From Mustelus asterias (taxonomy: Eukaryota), in assembly GCF_964213995.1 (NCBI RefSeq), contig NC_135806.1, forward strand, positions 139,748,001 to 139,812,000: DNA of 64,000 nucleotides, in the 5' to 3' direction. A program made the translations under genes and the position numbers. Positions within the stretch are counted from its first letter, which is position 1. The number at the start of each line of letters is the position of its first letter. Below, in pieces: positions 51,761-61,238 of the stretch. The notes beneath the pieces were generated by a model. The model worked only from the letters and a program-made list of their open reading frames with translations. It was not told the DNA's origin and made no database searches.

Positions 51761-53005
51761 TCGGACTGGCTGGAGACAATACACATCTCTTGTCCTGGCT
51801 GGAGACAATACACATCTCTTTAACCTGTGCTTAACCCTCTCTCCACTCACATTGTCTGTGCCTTTAAGACTTGATGACCTGTAAAGATGCGCATTCCAAC
51901 CATTATCCTGTAAATTGAGTTTGTGTCTTTATATGCCCGTTTATGAACAGAACTCCCACTCACCTGGTGAAAGGGCAGCGCTCCGAAAGCTAGTGGCTTG
52001 TGCGAGCAGAAAGTTGCCAGTGTTGCTACATCTAGGCATCACGAGGTGTTGATTAGGAAGCAGATCTCTCCTTCCTTAGCCTTGCCTGAGGCCGCTGTGC
52101 AGTCCATTCAATGGACTGAGAAGCCCTTTGGTTGTAGGGCACTGTCCGGTGAAGCAGGGGTGAGCCACGTCTCCGTGAAACAGAGTGCACAGCAGTCCCT
52201 CAGTTCTCTTTGGAAAGCGAGTCTGGATTTAAGTTCGTCTGGCTTGTTTTCCAGAGATTGGACATTTGCCAGCAGTAAGGTGGGGAGGGGGGGCCTTGGG
52301 ACCGCGTTGTTTCACTCTCACCTGCAGCCTGAACGTTTTCCACACTTCCTGGAGTCTCTGCTTCTTTTCGAGCCTGGGGGACGGTGAGAGTGGTTTGCGG
52401 TGTTAAGGGTATGGTTGTGTCCAATGAGGTTCTTCACTCTGGTCGGCATGTGGATGGAGGATTTGTTGCCTTGCTAGCAGTTCCTGCGTCGGTAGATTGG
52501 TCTGCGCGGTCGGGCGTTCCGGGTTGCTGTCAGACTGCGTTTTGGCTTTGCCGGTTGTTGGTTCACTATTAGTTAGATAAATAAATTGTTACGTGTTAAT
52601 TTTAGAGAGAGAGTGTCAGGGATTTATTTTTCTATTTAACAACTAGAAGGTGCTGAAGAGCAGGTCACACCACTTCACTCGCACTGTTTACAGATTATAG
52701 GGCAAGGTACTCCTCTTTGGTTGTGTCGGGTAGTTTTCAGAGGCCGGGATCCACCTTGCTTTATAACAATCACACTTTGTGCATTTACATACATATATTC
52801 CAAATGAATCTGGGGAAGGGTATGCAGATAGTTCGAGTCATGTTGAAATCAAAAAGGAGGAGGTATTGGGGTTCTTGAGAAACATTAAGATAGACAAGTC
52901 CCCAGGGCCTGATGGGATATATCCCAGAATACTGAGAGAGGCAAGGGAGGAAATTGCTGGGGCCTTCAGAGAAATCTTTATATCCTCACTGGCCACAGGG
53001 GAGGT

Positions 53006-53107
53006 ACACACAGTAAGAAGTCTCACAACAGGTTGGACTTTAACCTGGCGTTGTGAGACTTCTTACTGTGTTTACCCCAGTCCAACGCCGGCACCTCCAC
53101 ATCATGA
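53006..53107. mobile_element. Penelope mini-hairpin (~100 bp)
   Basis: cacagtaagaagtctcacaac / gttgtgagacttcttactgtg plus tail. TSD ccacaggggaggt / ctacaggggagat. Confidence 0.82.
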
Positions 53108-53426
53108 CTACAGGGGAGATCCCAGAGGATTGGAGACTAGCCAATGTTGTTCCTTTGTTTAATAAGGGTAGCAAGAATAATTCAGGTAATTACAGGCCGG
53201 TGAGCCTTACGTCAGTGGTAAGGAAATTATTGGAGAGGATTCTTTGAGACAGGATTTATTCCCGCTTGGAAATAAGTGGATGTATTAGTGAGAGGCAAGA
53301 TGGTTTTGTGAAGGAGAGCTCGTGTCTCACTAACATAAGAACATAAGAAATAGGAGCAGGAGTAGGCCATCTAGCCCCTCGAGCCTGCCCCGCCATTCAA
53401 TAAGATCATGGCTGATCTGACGTGGA

Positions 53427-56400
53427 TCAGTACCACTTACCCGCCTGATCCCCATAACCCTTAATTCCCTTACCGATCAGGAATCCATCCATCCGCGCTT
53501 TAAACATATTCAGCGAGGTAGCCTCCACCACCTCAGTGGGCAGAGAATTCCAGAGATTCACCACCCTCTGGGAGAAGAAGTTCCTCCTCAACTCTGTCTT
53601 AAACCGACCCCCCTTTATTTTGAGGCTGTGTCCTCTAGTTTTAACTTCCTTACTAAGTGGAAAGAATCTCTCCGCCTCCACCCTATCCAGCCCCCGCATT
53701 ATCTTATAAGTCTCCATAAGATCCCCCCTCATCCTTCTAAACTCCAACGAGTACAAACCCAATCTCCTCAGCCTCTCCTCATAATCCAAACCCCTCATCT
53801 CAGGTATCAACCTGGTGAACCTTCTCTGCACTCCCTCCAATGCCAATATATCCTTCCTCATATAAGGGGACCAATACTGCACACAGTATTCCAGCTGCGG
53901 CCTCACCAATGCCCTGTACAGGTGCATCAAGACATCCCTGCTTTTATATTCTATCCCCTTCGCAATATAGGCCAACATCCCATTTGCCTTCTTGATCACC
54001 TGTTGTACCTGCAGACTGGGCTTTTGCGTCTCATGCACAAGGACCCCCAGGTCCCTTTGCACGGTAGCATGTTTTAATTTGTTTCCATTGAGATAGTAAT
54101 CCCATTTGTTATTATTTCCTCCAAAGTGTATAACCTCGCATTTATCAATGTTATACTCCATTTGCCATATCCTCGCCCACTCACTCAGCCTGTCCAAATC
54201 TCTCTGCAGATCTTCTCCGTCCTCCACACGATTCACTTTTCCACTTATCTTTGTGTCGTCTGCAAACTTCGTTACCCTACACTCCGTCCCCTCCTCCAGA
54301 TCATCTATATAAATGGTAAATAGTTGCGGCCCGAGTACCGATCCCTGCGGCACGCCACTAGTTACCTTCCTCCAACCGGAAAAACACCCATTTATTCCGA
54401 CTCTTTGCTTCCTGTCAGATAGCCAGTCCCCAATCCACTTTAACACACTACCCCCAACTCCGTGTGCCCTAATCTTCTTCAGTAGCCTTTTATGGGGCAC
54501 CTTATCAAACGCCTTTTGGAAATCCAAAAACACCGCATCCACCGGTTCTCCTCCATCAACCGCCCTAGTCACATCTTCATAAAAATCCAACATGTTCGTC
54601 AAGCACGACTTTCCCCTCATGAATCCATGCTGCGTCTGATTGATCGAACCATTTCTATCCAGATGCCCTGCTATCTCCTCTTTAATAATGGATTCCAGCA
54701 TTTTCCCTACTACAGACGTTAAGCTGACCGGCCTATAGTTACCCGCCTTTTGTCTCCTTCCTTTTTTAAACAGCGGCGTAACATTAGCCGTTTTCCAATC
54801 AACCGGCACTACCCCAGAATGCAACGAGTTTTGATAAATAATCACTAACGCATCCACTATTACCTCTGACATTTCTTTCAATACCCTGGGATGCATTCCA
54901 TCCGGACCCGGGGACTTGTCCACCTTCAGTCCCATTAGTCTACCCAGCACTGCCTCTCTGGTAACATTAATTGTATTAAGTATTTCTCCTGCTGCCAACC
55001 CTCTATCGTTAATATTTGGCAAACTATTTGTGTCCTCCACCGTGAAGACCGACACAAAAAACTTATTTAAAGACTCAGCCATATCCTCATTTCCCACTAT
55101 TAACTCCCCCCTCTCGTCCTCCAAGGGTCCAACATTCACTCTAGCCACTCTATTCCTTTTTATATATTTATAAAAACTTTTACTATCATTTTTTATATTA
55201 ATTGCTAGCCTAGCTTCATAGTCTATCCTTCCTTTCTTTATCGCTTTCTTAGTCTCTCTTTGTTGTTTCTTCAATTTTTCCCAATCACTTGTTTCTCCAC
55301 TATTTTTGGCCACTCTGTACGCAGCTGTTTTTATTTTAATACTCTCCTTTATTTCCTTCGTTATCCACGGCTGGTTCTCCCTTTTCTTACAATCCTTGTT
55401 TTTTGCTGGAATATATTTTTGCTGAGAACTGAAAAGGATCTCCTTAAAAATCCTCCACTGTTCCTCAGCTATCCTACCTGCCAGCCTGCTCTCCCAGTCT
55501 CCCTTAGCCAATTCATCCCTCATCCTATCATATTTCCCTCTGTTCAAACAGAGGACACTGGTTTGGGACCAAACTTTCTCCTCTTCCATCTGAATCAGAA
55601 ATTCAACCATATTGTGGTCACTAGACCCAAGAGGGTCCTTCACAATAAGATCCTTAATTCTACCTACCTCGTTACACAATACCAGATCCAAAATAGCTCG
55701 TTCCCTCGTCGGTTCCGTAACATGCTGTTCAAGGAAACTATCCCGACAGCATTCTAAGAACTCTTCCTCCATTCCACCCTTACCGACTTGAGTCTGCCAG
55801 TCAATGTGCATGTTGAAGTCCCCCATGATTATTGCCGTTCCGTTTTTACACGCATCCCTTATCTGCTTGTTTATAGCCCTCCCTACCTCAACATTATTAT
55901 TTGGGGGCCTATATACCACACCTACTAGTGTCTTTCTCCCTCTACTATTCCTCATCTCTACCCATAATGATTCCACGTTTTGTTCCTCAGAGCCTATGTC
56001 ATCCCTCAGTACTACCCTGATATTATCTCTTATTAATAGCGCGACCCCACCACCTTTTCCTTCCTGTCTATTCTTCCTAAACGCCTGATACCCCTGGATA
56101 TTCATCTCCCAGTCCTGGTCACCTTTCAGCCACGTTTCTGTAATGGCCACTAGATCGTACCCACTCGTGCTGATTTGCACCATCAACTCATTTACCTTGT
56201 TCCGAATGCTTCGTGCATTCAGGCAAAGTGTCCTTATTCCAGCTTTTATCTGGACCCGCTTTGATGAGTCGCGAACACCGTCTCCCTCTACTCCCTTATC
56301 TAAATTACCGCCTTCATTCACTTGCACCCTCTCCTCTACCATTAATTTTGTAATTCCCCTTACCCCTGCATCCTCCACCCCATCAATTAGTTCCTTGATC

Positions 56401-56432
56401 CTAGTCAACTCTTCTAGCTCCCCTCCCCCCAA
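53427..56432 (-). CDS. Intact CR1 ORF2 (APE endonuclease + reverse transcriptase), 1001 codons
   Basis: [56 protein letters not shown]. No stops. Confidence 0.96.
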   Translation of the reverse strand: MGGGELEELTRIKELIDGVEDAGVRGITKLMVEERVQVNEGGNLDKGVEGDGVRDSSKRVQIKAGIRTLCLNARSIRNKVNELMVQISTSGYDLVAITETWLKGDQDWEMNIQGYQAFRKNRQEGKGGGVALLIRDNIRVVLRDDIGSEEQNVESLWVEMRNSRGRKTLVGVVYRPPNNNVEVGRAINKQIRDACKNGTAIIMGDFNMHIDWQTQVGKGGMEEEFLECCRDSFLEQHVTEPTRERAILDLVLCNEVGRIKDLIVKDPLGSSDHNMVEFLIQMEEEKVWSQTSVLCLNRGKYDRMRDELAKGDWESRLAGRIAEEQWRIFKEILFSSQQKYIPAKNKDCKKRENQPWITKEIKESIKIKTAAYRVAKNSGETSDWEKLKKQQRETKKAIKKGRIDYEARLAINIKNDSKSFYKYIKRNRVARVNVGPLEDERGELIVGNEDMAESLNKFFVSVFTVEDTNSLPNINDRGLAAGEILNTINVTREAVLGRLMGLKVDKSPGPDGMHPRVLKEMSEVIVDALVIIYQNSLHSGVVPVDWKTANVTPLFKKGRRQKAGNYRPVSLTSVVGKMLESIIKEEIAGHLDRNGSINQTQHGFMRGKSCLTNMLDFYEDVTRAVDGGEPVDAVFLDFQKAFDKVPHKRLLKKIRAHGVGGSVLKWIGDWLSDRKQRVGINGCFSGWRKVTSGVPQGSVLGPQLFTIYIDDLEEGTECRVTKFADDTKISGKVNRVEDGEDLQRDLDRLSEWARIWQMEYNIDKCEVIHFGGNNNKWDYYLNGNKLKHATVQRDLGVLVHETQKPSLQVQQVIKKANGMLAYIAKGIEYKSRDVLMHLYRALVRPQLEYCVQYWSPYMRKDILALEGVQRRFTRLIPEMRGLDYEERLRRLGLYSLEFRRMRGDLMETYKIMRGLDRVEAERFFPLSKEVKTRGHSLKIKGGRFKTELRRNFFSQRVVNLWNSLPTEVVEATSLNMFKARMDGFLIGKGIKGYGDQAGKWY

Positions 56433-56437
56433 CCTAT

Positions 56438-57100
56438 CTAGTTTAAATTCTCCCCAGTAACCTTAGCCAACCTACCGGCCAGGATATTGGTCCCCGTGTG
56501 ATTCAAGTTCCACCCGTTTTTTGTATACAGATCACCCCTGCCCCTAAAGAGGTCCCAATGGTCCAGGAACCTGAATCCCTGCCCCCTGCACCAGTCCCTC
56601 AGCCACACATTCATCTTCCACCTCACTCCATTCCTGCCCTCACCTTCCCGTGGCACAGGTAGTAATCCTGAGATTACTACCTTTGCTTTCCTCTTTCTCA
56701 GCTGTCTCCCTAATTCCCTGTACTCCCTTTTCATGACCCCTTCTCCCTTCCTACCCACATCAGCGGTACCAATATGTACCGCTACCTCAGGCTCCTCTCC
56801 CTCCCACCTCAGGATTTCCGGGACGCGACTAGCGACATCCTGGATCCCGGCCCCAGGGAGGCAGACCACCATGCGAGAATCCCGCCTACCTCCGCAGAAA
56901 CGCCTGTCTGTCCCCTTCACCATCGAGTCCCCGATTAATACCGCCTTCCTCCTCTTTTCCTTAGCCCTCTGAGTTACAGGGCTGGACTCCACTGCGGAGA
57001 CACGGCCACTGCTGCTTCCCCCAGGCGGGCTGTCCCCCCCAGCAGTACTCAAGCAGGAGTACTTGTTGTGCAGGGGCAAATCCACTGGGGTGCTCTCAAC
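56438..57100 (-). CDS. CR1 ORF1 C-terminal SGNH esterase-like part
   Basis: LIGDSMV, VCLPGAGI, VHIGTAD, FLDHW; ends ENLN*. Confidence 0.87.
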   Translation of the reverse strand, partial: VESTPVDLPLHNKYSCLSTAGGDSPPGGSSSGRVSAVESSPVTQRAKEKRRKAVLIGDSMVKGTDRRFCGGRRDSRMVVCLPGAGIQDVASRVPEILRWEGEEPEVAVHIGTADVGRKGEGVMKREYRELGRQLRKRKAKVVISGLLPVPREGEGRNGVRWKMNVWLRDWCRGQGFRFLDHWDLFRGRGDLYTKNGWNLNHTGTNILAGRLAKVTGENLN

Positions 57101-58689
57101 CATGATCGAGTTTTTCAAGAAAGTGGCGAAGGTGATTGATGAGGGTAGGGCAGTGGATGTTGTCTAACATGGACTTCAGTAACGCCTTTGACAAGGTCCC
57201 TCATGGCAGAAGGTGAAGTCGCAGGTGAGCTGGCAAGATGGATACAGAACTGGCTTGGTCATAGAAGACAGAGGGCAGCAGTGGAAGGGGACATTTCTGA
57301 ATGGAGGGCTGTGACAAGTGGCATTCCTCAGGGATCAGTGCTGGGACCTTTGCTGTTTGTAATATATATAAATGATTTGGAGGAAAATGTAACTGGTTTG
57401 ATTAGTAAGTTTGTGGATGACACAAAGTTTGGTGGATTTTCAGATAGTGATGAGGACCATCAGAGGATACAGCAGGATATAGATCAGTTGGCGACTTGGG
57501 CGGAGAGATGGCAGATGGAGTTTAATCCGGACAAATGTGAGGTAATGCACTTTGGAAGGTCTAATACAGATAGGAAATATACAGTAAATGGCAGAACCCA
57601 TAAGAGTACTGATAGGCAGAGGGATCTGGTTGTACAGGTACACAGGTCACTGAAAGTGGCCACGCAGGTAGAGAAGGTAGTCAAGAAGGCATATGGCATG
57701 CTTGCCTTCATCGGCCGGAGCATTAAGTTTAAAAAGTGGCAAGTCATGTTGCAGCTTTATAGAACCCTAGTTAGGCTGCACTTGGAATATAGTGTTCAAT
57801 TCTGGTCGCCACACTACCAGAAGGATGCGAAGGCTTTGGAGAGGGTACAGAAAAGATTTACAGGATGTTGCCTGGTATGGAGGGCATTAGCTATGAGGAG
57901 AGTTTGGAGAAACTTGGTTTGTTCTCACTGGAACGACGGAGGTTGAGAGGTGAACTGATTGAAATCTACAAGATTATGAGGGGCATGGACAGAGTGGATA
58001 GTCAGAAGCTTTTTCCCAGGATGGAAGAGTTAATTACTGGGGGACATAGGTTTAAAGTGCGAGAGGCAAGGTTTAAAGGAGATGTACGAGGCAAGTGTTT
58101 TACACAGAGGGTGGTGGTGCCCGGAACTCGCTGCCAGGGGAGGTAGTGAAGGAGATACGATAGTGACTTTTAAGGGGCGTCTGGACAAATAGATGAATAG
58201 GATGGGAATGGAGGGATATGGTCCCCAGAAGGGTAGGGAGTTTTAGTTCAGTCGGGTAGCATGGTCGGTGCAGGCTTGGAGAGCCGAAGGGCCTGTTCCT
58301 GTGCTGTAATTTTCTTTATTCTTTGTTCATCATTAACCACTTGGAACGCGGTGAGGCCTAATCTCAGTTTGAAATTGATGAGGAACAGTTGCTGGTAGAT
58401 TGTCGAGTTTGCAGCGTGTAGGAGAATCTAATGTTGTTCTCTGTCTCTTATTGCAAAAGTAACCAGCAAATTAGGTTGGAAATGTTGGAGAAATAACCAA
58501 AACAAGGGACCGAGGTCTCCACGGTTAAGAAAAGGGTAAAAGAAAGATTTCCCTCTGAGGAATAGCTAGAGCTGAAGAGAATTCTTCAGAAGATTGTGGC
58601 ATCATTATGGGTGGTCCCCACAGAAATAAATAACTTCAAGATTCATATGTCTTTTTAGAGAATTCTTGGGGAAAGTATGAAGTATGGGA

Positions 58690-58999
58690 AGCACAGTGAT
58701 TAGCACTTCTGCCTCATAGTGCCAGGGACCCAGGTTCAGTTCCAGCCTTGGGTGACTGTCTGTGCAGAGTCTGCAGGTTCTGTATGTCTGCATGGGTTGC
58801 CTCCGGGTGCTCCAGTTTCCTCCCACAGTCAAAGATGTGCGGATAAAGTTGATTGGCCATGCTAAATTGCCTCTTAGTGTCAGGGGATTATCAGGGTAAA
58901 TACGTGGGGTTACGGGGCTAGGGCCTGGGTGGGATCGTTGTCGGTGCAGGCTCAATGGGCTGAATGGCCTCCTTCTGCACTGTAAGGATTCAATGATTC
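58690..58999 (+). mobile_element. HE1 V-SINE
   Basis: Head, V-core and CR1-type tail. Confidence 0.85.
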
Positions 59000-59191
59000 T
59001 AAGTAAACCTGAGTGCATAATGTTTTTAAACAATATTAAGATGATAGTTTCTTTTGTTAAAAGTGAAATCTTGTGGTGTAGTTTGATTGGTTAAAACAAG
59101 GTATTGGGATTTCATTTGAAATGTTAACAACCCCTACTTGAATCAGGACATCATCCAGACACTGATCATTCTGTTGTTTGTCTTTCCTCAG

Positions 59192-59540
59192 ATGCGAGTG
59201 GAAATGACCCCGTGGTGAATGGGACTGAGGGAGCTTCAGTTACATTGCCCTGTATGTTCACATCCTGGAGTTCCCTCACTCTGGCCACTGTTAGCTGGAT
59301 GAGGAAGGAGCCCTACCAACGCGTGGTCACATTTAGAGCCAATCAAGTGGGGATCATGGACAACTGTAAATGGTAGAAATTGATGTGAGCTCATTGGGAG
59401 CCCAAAGAAGGGAAATGCCTCAATCAGGGTAAACCAGTTGAGTGCGAATCGTAATCACTCTCACCAGTGTCTGGTGGAGTACACATCGTCCGATTGTCAA
59501 TATCTGATCCAGAATGAGACACGGCTGCAGATCATACATG
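59192..59540 (+). pseudogene. Ig V-type domain exon 2, disabled
   Basis: Acceptor tctttcctcag, donor G|gtaaga, phase 1/1. Reads VNGTEGASVTLPCMF..VSWMRKEPYQRVVTF, frameshift near 59348, then GRN*CELIGSPKKGNASIRVNQL..HQCLVEY..ETRLQI. TGA at 59381-59383. Confidence 0.85.
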
Positions 59541-59940
59541 GTAAGAAATCATTGCTGCATTCTCCAGTGAATAGAGAGTGTACATTGAGGGTGAGCTGTT
59601 TAACTCAAAACACTCATTGGATGTGGTTTAGTTGGGAGCACTCTCACCTCTGAATCAGAGGGTTATGGGTTCAGATCCCACTGCAGCATTTGAGGCTTTT
59701 TATGGAAAAGTACACCTTTACATCACACTATAGTGCGTAACCCTAAGGCCATGGTTATGATAGTAGTTAGTCCTAATACTCTGATTGCTATAGTATTCAC
59801 CCCGCCACCAAAGTGTTTACCTTCATCACTGTGAGTACTATGATATTTACCCTTAACAGTTAATAAAAGTTATATTTACCCCTCTCAGCAAGGGAAGACT
59901 GAATGGCCTCTTTCTGTGCAGTAATGATTCCTGACTCTGT

Positions 59941-60131
59941 GAGTAGAATTCTCCAGCCCCACTGTGCTGGAGACGGCTTTCCATTGGCTGCTGGTGGGAT
60001 CTTCCAGTCCTGCTGAAGTCGATGGTGATTTACATTCCTTGCCCAAGCCACCATCAGGGAATCCATGACAAGCGCTGACATTGGTGGGACCAGAAGATCC
60101 CATCAGCGGGAAGGGCTGGAGAATTCCACCC
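59941..60131. mobile_element. Short MITE
   Basis: Inverted repeats gaattctccagccc (59946-59959) and gggctggagaattc (60113-60126). Confidence 0.6.
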
Positions 60132-60571
60132 TGTAACATTATTCACCCCCAATACTTAATATTAAACTTAATATTAAATTAGTCTCCAGATTCACTGCAA
60201 GTACAACATAATTTACCCAAGTCACTTTGAACACTACAATAATTAGCTGTAATTTGGGACATTCTAGAGAATTAAACCTTATTGCTGTACATACTGCAAA
60301 CTAACCCTATTGTTTTAAATATTATAGGGTCAGAAAGTGACTATAAATGCAATAGTATTGATCCCTGCCAATGTGAAACATTATTGATACTGTCTATTTG
60401 TTGCTTTTCATCCACAGTCCATGCTCTTTGCCAAGTTCAGCTCCATTAATTTAATATTTCTAATCTGCAATCGAGTTCCACAATTGTCTACAGACTTGGA
60501 TTATTGTCTCTACGTTGTTGGTCTCTCAGCTTTTCTTGTCTCTGATCTGATCTCTTTCATTTTCTGTTCAG

Positions 60572-60671
60572 CTGCAGAGACTTTCCCCATCGTGATACTG
60601 TGCATTCCATTTGGAGTGAAACTCCTTCCCCTTCTCGTGATGTGGATCGTTTTATACAGGGACAGAACCAG
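60572..60671 (+). pseudogene. Transmembrane exon with intramembrane Lys
   Basis: Acceptor ttttctgttcag, donor AG|gtatgg. Reads AAETFPIVILCIPFGVKLLPLLVMWIVLYRDRTR: a hydrophobic run with a central K, followed by basic stop-transfer residues. Confidence 0.75.
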
Positions 60672-61238
60672 GTATGGGATTTTCACTGGAAGATTCTTGC
60701 CTTTAAATGCCTAAAGCTCGATTCATGGGTGAACTGTGGTCCGTGTGCCTTGGCAGGTGATTCAAACCTTTGTGTCATTCTGATTGAGTCACACAGTACA
60801 TGTCCAGCAGAGGTCACTGGATACCAACAGGAGCAGGAACCCAGAGCAATATTTCATCCCCAACTCCTGTAGCAGTTAGACCAATGGAGAGTCCCTACTG
60901 CAGCCCAGTTGGGATTGTCTAAAACAGTCCAGATCGGGGACTGAAACGGATCCCTTCATGGTCTGTATGATTCGGCTCCTCACAGCCTGAACTGTGATGG
61001 CATTGTTACAGTTCATACAGGGAGTCTGAGTTGCTGAGGCTTTGGCAACATGTACGTTTGCATACATTTTGTAGTCTGGACTTATGGATGGTGATGGTGG
61101 AGGCTCTAATTTCCTATCCATCACATGGTTGACCAGGAATCTCTCCAGCTCTTACTGCCTACCATTGGCATGTATTGGAAGGATTTAATAATCAACCTCT
61201 TTGGCCATATTATGAACACACCTTATTTGGCTATCAAA

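Larger units (their letters stand above)
49740..52003. mobile_element. Penelope hairpin (arms ~49740-50035 and ~51765-52003) with a CR1 at its centre
   Basis: Inverted pLTR arms. TSD gagcagacagtt / gagcagaaagtt (49728-49739 and 52004-52015). Confidence 0.88.
45483..52568 (-). mobile_element. Rex1-type LINE interrupted by a CR1 and a Penelope hairpin
   Basis: RT motifs [54 protein letters not shown]; EN motifs AGDFN, LDHCY; (tttga)n tail; TSD ttagtta. Confidence 0.85.
35280..52768 (+). mobile_element. Solo LTR (pieces 35280-35292, ~44787-45482, ~52569-52768) hosting nested insertions
   Basis: Ends tgttgtgaag / ctttataaca (imperfect IR, TG..CA). 5-bp TSD atcac (35275-35279 and 52769-52773). 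TATAAAA at ~45118 and AATAAA at ~52580. Confidence 0.65.
53332..57103 (-). mobile_element. Young CR1 LINE (F), truncated within ORF1
   Basis: Esterase half of ORF1, complete ORF2, and (cataagaa)n tail. Confidence 0.95.
52790..58328 (+). mobile_element. CR1 LINE (E) split by a Penelope mini-hairpin and an opposite-strand CR1 (own sequence ~52790-53331 and ~57101-58328)
   Basis: SCLTN (53330) resumes as MIEFF (57102). ORFs 57188..57946 and 57865..58146. Confidence 0.88.
17983..60671 (+). pseudogene. Siglec-15-like Ig receptor pseudogene (leader - V - V - TM with Lys), with a ~32-kb retroelement-filled intron between the Ig exons
   Basis: Four exon-like segments in receptor order on one strand, with splice signals. 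Each Ig exon has a frameshift and an in-frame stop. Joining exons across the 32-kb intron is an inference. Confidence 0.7.
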
